From positions 41,356,001 to 41,420,000 of the forward strand of contig NW_024704743.1 of the NCBI RefSeq assembly GCF_018977255.1: a stretch of 64,000 nt of DNA, read 5' to 3'. How positions within the stretch are numbered: position 1 is the stretch's first letter; each line of letters starts with the position of its first letter. The translations under genes were made by a program, and so were the position numbers. Below the pieces are notes generated by a model. That model worked only from the letters and a program-made list of their open reading frames with translations. It had not been told where the DNA came from and made no database searches. Of this stretch, positions 22,491-35,075 are shown one piece after another. Source of the DNA: Callorhinchus milii. Lineage: Eukaryota.

Positions 22491-25400
22491 AATGGGGCAT
22501 GTAAATGTTACAAAAATTATTTCAAAATGATGAATTGACTGGATTAAAGCATTTTCCAGTAATGGAGAGGATAGAAATAAATTGTGACAAACACAATGAG
22601 AGAAAAGGATCAACGAGCTCAGATTATCATTAATTTAGTGTGATAATTCAGTGATTCTGCTACCTTTAAGATTTTTTTAAAAGTGGACAAAGTTGTCAAG
22701 TTAGCTGACTAATGATATTTAACATATAAAAAGGAAAAAAAATAGAATTCACAGTATAGTAATGGATAGGTGGGATTGCTTTCAAAAAAATGAATTTCGA
22801 ATACTCAGAGGAGCAGATGAACGATGAGACAAAGAGTATAAGAAGCAGAGTTAGGGCCTATGGCAAGAACTGGCCTTGAAGGAATAGAATCAATGATGAA
22901 GAATAAAGAAACTTTGGATTAGTGAGAAATACTTCGGAAAGAAAACCTCAAGATTGCAAATGTTTAAGATTTTCTGCATATTGTATTCTAAAAATGAATA
23001 GTCATACTTATCTACGGGTGCTTCTATACATAACTAGCTAAAAGTCAAAGGTTCTCAATGTAAATTCATAAATAGAAACCAAAGAAAGCGAAAGCCTGAC
23101 AGATATTAAGGTGACTCGAGGCAGCTTGAAAGTAGTTCAAGCAGCAGCATGAATAATCTATTGAGAATAACTCAGCTCAAGTGCCCACACACGTGACACC
23201 ATTTATTTTAAAATTCCTGTTTTAAATCACAAAGTAGGCAAACGAACCATAGTACAGCTTCAAAGAAAGTGAAATCACATTGTAAAACAAAATTAGCACA
23301 ATTTCTGAATGCAAACAATTATTTAGAAATTCTAATTAATTATTTGCAAAATTTCAAAGTGTTTGTTAATTGTTTGCCTTTGAAATAGCTGCTTTCTTTC
23401 TTCTCTCTGATCTTAGCTGTCAATGGAATGATTGTTGCAAAGATTTGAAATGAACAAGCAATTATTTCTGCACACTTTCAGGCTATTTTAGGAATAAGGA
23501 TCACCAGCTAAGAGTTAACGCTTTAAGCACCACAAATCACTTCCCAAGATATTTGTATTTTTATTTCCAATAACATGTGAAAATTATTTGTTGCAGATTT
23601 TAATACTGATAACACTGTTTTAATTTAAATTTACAGCATAATCCATAATCTTTTCTTGGGTTAGAAATGTGATGTTTCCAAATAATTATTAAAGCAATAT
23701 AATCTAATTGAATTAATTAACACATTTTTCTGCAACTGCAGGTGTCACTGTGAGTAGACCTTGTGGTCCACTCTCATTTTAGGAAGAATCTGAACAAGAA
23801 CATCTGATATTCAACTGTGATTCAAACCTTTCCTTATTTTTTAAGGTGCTTGTTACCCATATTTATTCTGCACCAAAAAAAATTATAATGAATGCATGTC
23901 TATCAAACATTATTCTGTTTTCCTTATTTATTTCCATAGAAATCTTTTTAAAACTTTCATAAAACTTCCTTTGAGCTAAGTATTATATGTCAGACAACAT
24001 AATTGGAAGTTTGTTTCAGAATCTGCTGCTGAATTAACTAATTTGAAGCAGGATTGAAATCATACTTTGTTGCTATAATTAGCCTCAGTACCATCCATGA
24101 TAGGTGGTGAAAAATCCTTCTTTTGATCACCATGTGGTGTCCACATACATACTTTGGGTGAAGAGAAAGCAGGGATGACAACTGAAATTGAAAAGAAAAC
24201 AATCCCAGTTTCAGATGTAGAGCTATAATGATGGTGTGACTATCCGTAGAGTGTCATTGACATCTTGCATTTACAAGTATATACGCTCTATGTAGTAGGA
24301 TTTATTTTCCTTTGACTCATTCTTTTATAATAACTCAAGAAAATGGATAGTGGATGCATCATACTTTTGTGATTTGTTCCTGTATCACTGATAGCTGAAA
24401 TGTACAGGAAAAAAAGCTAATCGCATTTGACAATACTCACTTTTTCTGTATAGATTTTGGAAGGGTCATTACAGTATGTGTTACATGACTGTAGCGGTGT
24501 GTGTTTATCAGGAACTATTAACATAGTTATGAGGAGCCATGTAGTTTAACATATATACTCAGAGATTTACAGGGGTGTTTAACTGCATCTTGTCAGAACA
24601 ATTCTTACGCTGAAAAGAAGTTTAAAATGTGGAGAGTGGAATTTTTGGATCTGGCCATTCCAAAATAGAAAATGTTATATTAGTAATAAATATGATTTGC
24701 TGTGTGCTACATGACTGAGCAGATTGATTTATCATACTTCACCTGACCAATTGCTGTGAATCATCATCATCATTCTCAAATACAAAAGCAATATTCAAAG
24801 TCATTCTGCTCTGCACCCACTCTTTTGTCTATTGCTGGAACTAAAAGACATCAGGTGATGTCATTTCATTTCTAATTGGGCTATAAATCAACTTCATCTG
24901 AATTGAGCATTTTATTTCATGCAAAAACTTCCTAAAAAGCCCTGGTATCCACATTCCTAACAATATCTCACATGCATAATTCCAGCCTCATAAGACACAT
25001 CATTGACTTGAATGCAATTTCAGTCACAAGGTTATAAGAACCTCTGCTAAGGTCAGTGCTGAAACACGCAAGGCAAATAGAAATGTTTAGAACAGCTGGA
25101 GAAACAAGAATATTCTGTGCGTTCAAAAGAAAATTATACAGCAAATTTAGTTCAATTTTATCTTAGAATAGATTCCGTAATTTGCAGTAAAGAAATTGTT
25201 ATGATGATGGAACACATTTTACAGTTGAGGTCTTCCTGCTAACTTAATGAATTCAATTGTTCATGCACCAATAAAGAAGCCAATACCATGGCTAAAGAAT
25301 TATTATATCTTTTGAATCTGATAAGTGATTTGACCAGTACATCTCTAGTCCCTGTAGAACATGCACTTAACAATTTGTCCACATGATTAACATTCAAGTA

Positions 25401-25504
25401 AGCCACAGCAAGAGAGATGCTACGCTAGAGAACAATAGGAAACAGATGTTAAGGGAGTAAGATACCATCTGCTGAATTTTTATGTATATTCCTTATGAGA
25501 CTTT

Positions 25505-26010
25505 GGGGGTCTAATTTGTGGCAATATGCAACAAGATTTGTTAACATAGCCTTGGAATCACAAATAAGAAATCCTGCTGGTAAGTACAAATTTGCCACCC
25601 TAACCCTGAAATCTACAAATATCTATGGTGGAGAAGGATTCCTCAAAGTCAGCGTGACACATTTCCGGACACCAGCAGGATATCCTGTTTGCAACTCAAA
25701 GTGTACATTAACAACTCCTGTTACAAATCACCACCAATTAATGAGTGATGGGTTACTGCACGTATCAGACATCTGGCCGACCAAAAAAGTAGAGCTATAT
25801 TGTAGGTATTTGTGGAGCATATTTTAAGTATTTACATGTTCATATAAGATTGTTTAATTTAAATAGTTGAGAATGGTGGAACATCCTGCTTACCTAAAAA
25901 TAAAACAATCTTAAGTTGATTCGGCATCTTGATGGTCAGTTTACAAGATAGTCTGATTGGCATTAGTTGGGTGGTAATTTGTAGTAGGAGTTGTTAATGT
26001 TGACTTCAAG
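25505..26010. mobile_element. Fold-back MITE-like element with three related arms
   Basis: Arm 25505-25581 is inverted to 25671-25743, which is inverted to 25961-26000; internal TAAGATTGTTT/AAACAATCTTA pair. Confidence 0.6.
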
Positions 26011-26944
26011 ATTTGATAATCGTCACAAGAACAGGGAAAAAGTGCTAGTTTTGTATTCACAATAGCCAGAGACCCAACATATTTCTTCATCTCAGCCTGT
26101 AAGACTAGTTATCTTAAAGCTTAGGATTGGGCAGAATTCTAGAAAATACATTTGTCTTAACCTGGAAGCCAGTTCTTTTGAAGAACTAAGGAAAAACAGC
26201 ATCAACATTAAGAATGAATTTAAGGGTTTTCTGAAATTCATTGTAATGGTGAATTGTGTTACAAAACTGTGTTACAAGTAAAGTGTAGATGGTATTGCCT
26301 TTCTAGTATCATTAATAACAGGCTTAAAGAGGATATCTTCCCGCCCCCCCCACCACCACCCCACCTCTTTCTCCTTCCATAAGTGATTCACTGCCATTTT
26401 TGATTGTATTATAGCTAATGAATCAGATTTTGTTCATTCAGAGTTATCAAAGATTTACATAATAATAATAAAGTTATTCTTTCGACCACTATCTGCCAAA
26501 AAAAAAATTTTTTCACAGCCTGATGAAAGATTTTCTCAAGCGGTGTGGTGATCATTAGCAGCGATAATTATCAAATCACATACTGTATTCCTCCCTGCCC
26601 CCATAATGTATTGTTCTTCATTATTATCAACTCCACCTTAAGACACATTCAAACTTAATATTCAGTCATCGAACCTTCAAATTTACCTTCCCACTAAATA
26701 AAATGTTCTTTTACAATCTAAATATCTCTACATTGTCTGCTACTACACCCAGGTTATGGGTGCAGCCCAGCTCTGTAGTTGTAACTTAATTTGAACCGGT
26801 TTCTGAGTCATCCATCAGTCTGAGTACACAATAAATCTTGCTTTTTTTTCATCACATTTTCATCGAATCCAAATGGGATGTTGTTTACAGCTTTATCAAC
26901 AACCATTCCTGAAGTATTGTACCTGAGCCACAATTATCGCATCA

Positions 26945-27440
26945 AGTGTCAGCCTGGCTCAATGGACCACTCTCGCTTCTGAGTCAGAAGGTTGGGAGTT
27001 CAAGCCCCATGTTTGGGACATTGAGTTAACAGTTCATGCTGACATTCCAATGTAAGGTGGCGTCCTTTAGATGAGCCGTTAAACAGTGGCCCAGTTTGTC
27101 TGTCGAGGTGGATGTTTACAATTCCATGGTACTTCCCAAAAACAGAATGGAGTTTTCTCCCAGTTTCTGGCCAACAACCCCACCATGCAATGTTGTGAAC
27201 CAACTGGCTGCCACATTTGCCCTCACAATGTAGGCATATCTCAAAATTGACCTTTTTGACATGCTTTGGGTTATCTTTTTCCTCTCCACCCCCTTGGCTT
27301 CAATTCCCAGCTCTAATGGCTGTCCAGCAGCAATGTGAATGCACGTTGGGACATCCTCCCAATGTGAAAGCACTAAATAAACGTTAATATCTCAACAGTG
27401 CAATAAGGTGCTATATCAATTGTAAGGATTATTATCATTA
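26945..27440 (+). mobile_element. DeuSINE, near full length
   Basis: GGCTCAATGG..CACTCTCGCTTCTGAGTCAGAAGG...GATGAGCCGTTAAAC...CATGGTAC...tail. Confidence 0.8.
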
Positions 27441-28039
27441 ATTATTAACTTCAAACTAAAATTGACATTATGAACCTAACATAAGACAAGAATCATTATA
27501 CTCGTACCATCTTTAGAAGCAGATGCACAAAGTTATTGTGGAGATCAGCCATGGTCAGAATCCAGAATGAATTAATTATATATTGTGCACTTTCACACAA
27601 TTATGTTACCAGTTTAATAGCTTTTCAACAAGTATTTACCATAAAGGTGAAATACAATGCCACAGTGATAAAATTGTATGTGGTAAGTTATTTATTTAAA
27701 AAAAGTCAAAAATGTATTAAAAGAAACAAAGCTATTGACAACGTTCTGAAAATAACTTGTTCTGAAGTTCTAAAGAAATAAAACACATTTCGATTCTGGT
27801 GAATTTCTCCCCTATAATCTGCAATTTGTGCTATTTTGTTTTGTTTGAGGGAGAGAGTAGCTGGTAAGCATGGTTTCCCTGTGATTGGGTTGGGTCCGAA
27901 ATTGAGTTGCATAAAACTGGGATTTGGCTGTGTCAAGAAGCAGTTGTTGTCTGTTGACATAATACTGCAATCATTATTCATTGCTTGTATTTGATCCAAG
28001 TTTGGAAGTGCACCAATGTTTGTCTTAACATTGTAAGGA

Positions 28040-28410
28040 TAATGATAATTGAATTTAATATAGCACCTTTCACTTTAGGAGAATACCTCAGGAGAATTTT
28101 AATGTAGTGTAGTAACTGGGTATTTTATAGGTGAACACAGCAATCAATTTATGCATTGCAATGTCACACAAACAGCTATAAAATGCATGATCATTTTCAC
28201 CTAGGGATTGTTAGCCAGGACACTGGGAGAATATCCCTTCTCTTTTCAAATAGTCTTATGGAATAGGCATGTGGGGCCTTGGGTTTTCTTCTCATCTGAA
28301 GAACGGCACCCTTGAAGGCTGTGATTTCAAATACCCAAGGTGTAACTTGATCCCCACAACTTTCTAACTTCAAGGCAAGAATGCTACCAATGGACCCAAT
28401 CTGATTATCC
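28040..28410 (-). mobile_element. DeuSINE
   Basis: CAATGTCACACAAACAGC...GCCAGGACACTGGGAGAA...AATGCTACCAA. Confidence 0.7.
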
Positions 28411-29518
28411 TGAATAGAATGGGACCCAACTTGAATGAAAACATGGCAACGTGTTATGTGTTATCATATTATATTTCAGCATGCCAACTATGATGGAGAT
28501 TCTGCTGCCAGTTAAGTCCATATAATATTTTTTAAAAAGATGTGGAGAATCAGGCACACAGATTGCTGTGTAAATTGTGAATAAATAGAAACAATAGGAG
28601 ACTTTCTGTGCTGCACCAAGGAATTGAGGAAATCAGGTTGATTGAAAAGTTTGACTGTTTGCATTGATCTGCCTATCATTCTTCTCTTCTTTATATTATA
28701 TGCAGCAACCCATTATTATTAAAATAAAAACTCAGAGCTTTCAGTAGTCCATTGCATTAAATTTAATGAAAGCGCTTACATTTGTCTCATCTGTGCAATA
28801 GATTGGAAGTTAAATGATGGACAGAATCAAACATTTTTGTAATAATCAAATGCTTCATTTGTATACAGAATGCAGACTTTGTCTCCTCCATGTAATTCAC
28901 AACATTGAAAATCAGCAACAACACACTCCTGTTCAAGTCGCGGCTTATGGTTCGATAAGTTAGCTTGATAACAGAGCAAGGGTTATCTATGGAATTTAAT
29001 TGATCCTAGTTGACCCTTCCTTTTTCTGAAGTATCCTTTTGAAGTGTCCTGGGTCCTTTTTTGATGCATTTAAACTATCAGGTCAAGATAGGGCTGCCCT
29101 CTGAGCTAACACACACTCATGAGACCACCTTTGGTAGAAAGGTCATGCCAGAGGTTGGAGAGTAAAAATATTCTCTTAATTGGCTTTCTAAGACTCCAAG
29201 GGGTAATATGGAGGGATAGAGATGCATAGTCAAACTGTCACGCACTTAATAATCCCTAATTTATTCATATTGTTGTGATCCCATTTCAGGACAGCTCTTT
29301 ACTTTTATTCATTTAGGATTATATAGCCCTTTGGGCTTCTGACTTCAGTATTAGCTCCAAGCTATTTTATTAAAATTGTGATTGTCTTCCCAATCACGAT
29401 ATGTTTTTTGCCCTCCAAGAATCTACCTTGTGTGAAAGCACAATATAAGTAAAAGTTATTCTTGTTCTTTGGGGAGAGGGTAGATCTATTTGGGTCAGAC
29501 TCATCAGGTCAGTTCACA

Positions 29519-29822
29519 ATGGGGTGAAAATGTGATGTATTGATTATCACTGGTAATAATTATTCTATGGTTGATAAGTAAATTCAATCAGTAATCAAAA
29601 ACTGGCTGTAAGTCTGATGTACATGTGGTATTCTGCAGAAGTTGCAGCTTACCTCCTGAAAAATGATTCTTTTTCTGGCAAAGAGGCTTCAATTAGGTGA
29701 TTATTTTCCTCAGTAGCACTTTTGCAGCTACAGTGTTATGTTAGATGTATGGGAGTGATTCTCCGATCATTGATAATTTTTACTAACCAGAGGAATACCA
29801 GGCAGCTGGACATAAATGCCAT
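29519..29822. mobile_element. Degenerate fold-back MITE-like element
   Basis: End TGGGGTGAAAATGTGATGT...TTATCACTGGTAAT matches the reverse complement of 47040-47090; weak internal inverted repeats. Confidence 0.4.
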
Positions 29823-30654
29823 AATGTTTTTTTTAAAAAAACTGTGTTATATCTTTTTGCAGTAATCTTAGAGACTAAGTTGTAGTTTATACGAATTGGA
29901 ATCTGCTATCTGTCATTCCTCTGAACAATGGTGTTTGCCACAGTAATGCTCTCCATTAATGGCTAATGCAAATTTTCCTGGTGCCAGATATATCTTACTG
30001 TATGATTCATGCTCTCTTCATCGTAGAATGAAAGCAGTTAAGAATAATGCCAAGTAGAGCAGCTCCAGATATATCAATGTATTACAGACACTTCATCCTG
30101 TATTGCAGTATATGAAGTACATGAATGCAACTGAATATAAACTCTAAAATTCTTTAGTTTAGTAAGTGACTTAGTATCTGTTAATTTTAAAAAAATATTT
30201 ATTTAAAAACTAGGTGAAATAAGTAATATTGAGTTAAATGTGACTGCAGAATCCAGAAATAATATCAATTGTAAGTTTCCTGTGAGATTCGCAAATGGCA
30301 AATTGTTGATCGAAAAGAATGCGAAATCTCTGAAAAATGGGCAAAACAGTCAATAAAAGTTTCATCAGAAGTCCATCAGGATTTGACTTCACAATACAAT
30401 AAGTGTAAATATGGAAGCAAAAGGTTATTCTTCTATTCCAAATGTTGTATAGATTTCCGATCAACACTATAGCTGTCTGTGGTATATGATTGCAGCATGC
30501 AATTTTATCCATTTGTTGAATGGATTACCTTCATTTTCATTTATTTTTCTTTACCATATAAGTAAATAAATTATAGTCAGCTTTCAGTAGCTTCCATAGT
30601 TGAAAATTTAAATCCACACACGTGGGGACTTTCTTGACCCCAGAAAGGACCTGA

Positions 30655-30815
30655 TACACAACAATGACTTGCATTTATTCGTACAGCTTTACGCCCTTTA
30701 TTTATACCCTTTACGCAGGACAGTGTCTCGGAGCACGGTATACTAGTGAGATTGGACACCGAGCAAGGGAGAAGAGGTGACCATAGTCAAGTTTAAAGCG
30801 GTAAGTCTTAAGGTC
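30655..30815 (-). mobile_element. L2 LINE 3' tail
   Basis: ACTTGCATTTAT...CGCAGGACAGTGTCTCGGAGCAC...GAGGTGACC. Confidence 0.6.
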
Positions 30816-31299
30816 GAAATCACAGAGACATCGCTGAGAAAACATTGGACAGCAAGTTAACCAAACTCTTCTGCAGCTACTTGGTGGTGCAACACTGAGG
30901 CACTTTAAGACAGTATGGAATGGAATGGTAAGACATAAATTCTTGCCAGTTATTCCTAGTGTGAGTTCCTAATAGAAAAGTTGTCTTCAGAATGTGTTGA
31001 GCAGATGTCAGCTGCTCTCTTAGAAAAAGCAAGCAAGAATAAATTAAATCAATGTTGTAAAACCTGGTATGCGCTCTCCCCAGAAAGTGCTTTGAGTGTA
31101 GTTAGGAATAAACACCTGCAAGCTCTCCCATATACAGTATTTATAATGCGGGTAGGTATTTCCACTATCGTATTGTTGAAACAGTATCCAAGCTGTGTTC
31201 TGCTTTACTCTTTCCTGTTTCATTGTGTAAGACTCTTCAACCAGTTTCTGTCTGTGTTTATACTCCACATGCAATGTTTGCTAATGGCACTTTGATCTT

Positions 31300-31615
31300 A
31301 CAGTCTAGGCTGACATGCCAGTAAGATGTCACTGCATTGTTGTAGATGTTAAACCAAGGCCTTTCTGCCTATGAGGTGGACATTAAAGATCCTGTGATAC
31401 AGGTTGGAAAGAGACAGGAGCTTTCCTCAATCCTTCAGGTAAAACTGTCATTTGCTTCCTGGCTATTTGTGGGACTCTGTTGGCGGCAAATTGGCTGCCC
31501 CACTTGCCTAAAATTATAGTCACTAACTACACTTTATAATAAATCCTGTGAATTGCTTTGAGACATTTAGATGACATAATAATGTGCAACATTAAATGCA
31601 AAGATAAATATTATT
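31300..31615 (+). mobile_element. DeuSINE
   Basis: TCTAGGCTGACA...GATGTTAAACC...AGGTGGACATTAAAGATCC...TTTGTGGGAC...AAATTGGCTGCC. Confidence 0.8.
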
Positions 31616-32199
31616 ACATAATACCTAAAGGTTATCCTTTAAAAATAAAATGCATTAAAGAATTAAATAATTGTCTTTCCATGGTGATTTGAAAATAGAC
31701 ATTAATGAAATGATACACACAAACTGCATTGAAGTAGGAATGTTATTACGAACGAGGTCAAAAAGGACACTAAAAAGATGTTTCTTTGCTTTCTCTTTTG
31801 GCAGCCATTATTTGACATTGCACTTTCTGTCAGAAATTCAAACAAGTTGGATGATGATGAAATGTACACAGTTAATGGGTTGAGGGATTTCAGAAGAAAG
31901 CACAGCGTATATTATCGAAAATAAAAATAGTCTATTACCAGACATTCATTGCAAGTCTTCAGCATAAACCACAAAGCAAAAGATTGGAGAAGTTAATCTG
32001 CTTGTCAGAAGCAGTTTCAGTAATGTATGCTCCAACTGAGATATGATTTACTTAAGTGAAACAGAAATTGTTTGGAAGCGCTGTAATCCCACTGCAGCCA
32101 CAGGCACATAGACTGAAATGTTATACTTATAATCAGCTTGCAAGAACTTTCGCTTAAACTATATCCAAGCAATGCCGTGCATACATGAATAATGTTCAT

Positions 32200-32410
32200 C
32201 CACAGTGTAGTGACTACGTATGTGTAGGTAAACAAAAGCCAATTTGTGCATAACAATGTTTCACCTCAGCCATGAAGTGAATGATCAATTTTATCTGGGG
32301 GATTGTTGGCCAGGACCCCAGGGCTCCCTTCTCTTTTTGAATAGTGCCATGGAATAGCATCCACCTGAACAGGCAGACGGGACCTTGGTTTAATGTGTCA
32401 GCAGAAAAAT
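32200..32410 (-). mobile_element. DeuSINE fragment
   Basis: TTGTTGGCCAGGAC...GAATAGTGCCATGG...CCACCTGAACAGGCAGACGGGACCTTGGTTTAA. Confidence 0.8.
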
Positions 32411-32621
32411 AACAGTTTCTAAATTAAAACTGAATTTAAGGCTTTTTCAAAACTTATAAAAAATGCTCATTGTACTTTGATCTTGAAGCATTTGAGCCCC
32501 TAATCTATAAACAGCCAAGTATACTTTATCTTAACTGGGGTTTGTGACATGTTGGACTATGAATTGTAGTTATAAGACACATGGCCTGGTTTTTCCCACT
32601 CATTAACTGAGGTGTATGCTA

Positions 32622-32702
32622 GGGGTGAAATTTGTGTAGCATTTCATAATGTATTATTGTGATCGCATCAAACACATTATGAAACACAACAAAGTTAGAG
32701 CC
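32622..32702. mobile_element. Small hairpin/MITE-like element
   Basis: GGGGTGAAATTTGTGTAGCATTTCATAATGT versus ACATTATGAAACACAACAAAGTTAGAGCC. Confidence 0.4.
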
Positions 32703-33099
32703 ATTCCATTTCTACCGTTGGTCTGACATTTACATGTTGGATGTAACCATTTTGAGTTGCTTTTCGTAAAAAAAAACTATGATTTTTACAAACTGTTCAG
32801 CCTTGATCTTGAAAAAAAAATTCTGGTGAAATATATGTTGAAACAAAGTATTCACTCAAACCTTCATTCTGGAGTTTATTTAGAACTGAAAGATGTCAGA
32901 CGCGAGAATTCAAAGAGCAGTGAGCAAGGTGTCTGCAGAATTAGTTTCAATAAAAGGATGCTATTCTTTCCATTATCAATAACTAGAATACATAGCATAA
33001 TAATAATAATGATCCTTGCATTTGATATAGTGCCTTATCACGTCTTTGAGACATCTCAAAGCGCTTCACAGAATATACGATTAAACCTAATACCAGACA

Positions 33100-33500
33100 A
33101 TTACTGACATAAATGTCTATGTTTTCAAAGACCATTGTGGTATCAATGTTCACTAGATCCTGCACCTTTTTGTTGAAGAGAAGATCAATGTTCTTTTCTA
33201 GTGCTTCCCTGATGTTTGAGATGTTTAGCTTCTTTACAATAATGTGGAGAAATATTTTACAGGCAACTAATCCTTCCGCAGTGAACAGCAATGGCATGAG
33301 GAAGAGTTTGCAACCCTGTCATTTGTTTAGTAAAAATGTGCTTTTTCACATTGAGCAAGTGGTTGCAGTTGTCTTGAACCATATTAGGATTCTGTTTGCC
33401 AATTATGTGGAGGGGAGGAGTGTTCACTGAGATGATGGGCTGTTTTGTTTGAATGTCTCTGTCCCCAGGCTTGTCGATTGATTTCAACTGAGGTTGGCAT
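33100..33500 (-). mobile_element. Highly decayed retroelement coding relic (RTE-like, uncertain)
   Basis: Chained minus frames ...HIFTKQMTG / KKLNISNIREALEKNI / QWSLKT loosely resemble the RTE endonuclease-linker region. Confidence 0.25.
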
Positions 33501-33819
33501 AATGCTGCTCGACAATGAATTTGGTACCAAGTAATTAAACATGCTGCCTCGAGATAAGATTAAGGTTACTTGCTCGAATGTCAGTGGAATTAATTTTCTA
33601 ATAAGAGATAGGAAATTGACAAGCTAGAAAAATGTATTAAACATTTGGCTCACTAGCATGTCTTCACCTGTCTTCCCCCTCAATAACCCATCCAAATGTA
33701 AGAACTAGAATCTTTTCTGTTATTATTCAAATTTTCTAGTATAATTGGTAAGTAAAGCTTCCTCGGGTACTGGAAATGTCAAAAACTAAAAAAATGGTTT
33801 TATTAAACAAAAACATATC

Positions 33820-34335
33820 TTCCTTGTGGTCTGGCCAAATAATCATTCTGATAAAATTTAGTCATATACTTCATGGCTGTTTGTGGGCATTACTATGTGA
33901 AACAGGTGGAGTCCTGTAGCTCAGTGGTTAGAGCACTCGCTTTGCAAGTGAGAGACCTGAGTTCAATTCCAGGCAGAGGGCGAAACCTTGGGCAAGTTTC
34001 CTTACTCCACACAGAGCCTAATAATAATCCCTCCAAAACCATAAACAATAATAAATTGGTCATTTTCAATCTACGACTGCTTGTGGGACATTGCTGTGTG
34101 CAATTGGCTGCCGCGTTCGCCCACAAATATACAGTCAATTCACTTTAGTGTGTTCTGTGAAGCGCTTTGGGATGTCCTCGCGACGTGAAAAGCGCTATAT
34201 CAAATGTAAGGATTATTATTATTATTATTATTGTTTTCATTTGCAAAGACACTGTCATTACACTTTTCCAACATTCTCTTCTGAAGTGTTTTGAGATGCT
34301 TTGGTGCTATATCAATTGGAAAGATTTTTATTTTA
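33820..34335 (+). mobile_element. Old DeuSINE interrupted by a young SINE
   Basis: CTGTTTGTGGGCATTAC before 33906 and the remaining 3' part with GGTGCTATATCAATTGG after 34232. Confidence 0.65.
33906..34232 (+). mobile_element. Young SINE, short form, full length
   Basis: GTGGAGTCCTGTAGCTCAGTGG head, AAACCTTGGGCAAG, tail GCGCTATATCAAATGTAAGG(ATT)n. Confidence 0.92.
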
Positions 34336-34379
34336 TTGATAAAACAAACTTTAATTTTATATAATAAATTAAAGACCAC

Positions 34380-34603
34380 ATGTCCCACAAACAGTAATGG
34401 ATTGAAGTAACCAATTTATTATTACTATTTTATTGTTGAAGGAATTATTACCCCGGGAAAAGCAATCCGCCAATTGACTGACAACTGGTAAACAGGCGTG
34501 TAGAGTAAGGAAACTTGCCGAACATTTCACCCTGCCATGAATCTAACTTTTCCATCGAACCCAGGTCTCTCTTTGCGAGGCGAGTGCTCTAACCACTGAG
34601 CGA
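34380..34603 (-). mobile_element. Young SINE 5' part
   Basis: GAGTAAGGAAACTTGCC...CCCAGGTCTCTC...GAGTGCTCTAACCACTGAGC. Confidence 0.85.
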
Positions 34604-34947
34604 TAGTGAGCAAACTCTTCCTCACTGCTGTTCAGAGAAAAGGTATGGATAATTACATAAGTGGTCTGAGTTTTCATGAAAACAAATCATAAACATATAA
34701 CTGACCAAATTAAAACCTAATTAATGAGAAGCCAACTTTGAATGCATTTGTTTATCTGAGATATAGTAGTCCCTCAAAAAAACACAACAGTATTTTAGTT
34801 TTGCACAAGTTTAGGAGCAGTGTTTATACTGTACCTCTGAAATTGTGTAATTTTCCCCAAAAAGTGAGAATATTTATTTGTGCTTATTTATTCCTTTGGA
34901 AACTTGTGAACTTCTCTTGTCTTGAAATCATCAACTTGCGCTGTAAA

Positions 34948-35075
34948 ATAGAACCATACAACAGAACCATAGAAATTCACAGCACAGAAGAAAAGCATTC
35001 GACCAATCGTGTCTGCAATGGGTTCCCTCAAGAGCGATTCTTTCAGTTCCATTTACCTGCCCTTTCTCCTTACCT
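34948..35075 (-). mobile_element. CR1 3' tail
   Basis: AGAACCATAGAAATTCACAGCACAGAAG, reverse complement of the 14520-14545 tail type; similar tails near 51785-51910 and 52975-53085. Confidence 0.6.

Noticed and set aside
25495..25827. 110-aa ORF
   Set aside because: Lies on an inverted-repeat element and has no recognisable domain.
30275..30472. About 65-codon stop-free plus-strand frame (CEIRKWQIVDRKECEISEKWAKQ...)
   Set aside because: No convincing splice sites, start codon or homology; compatible with chance.
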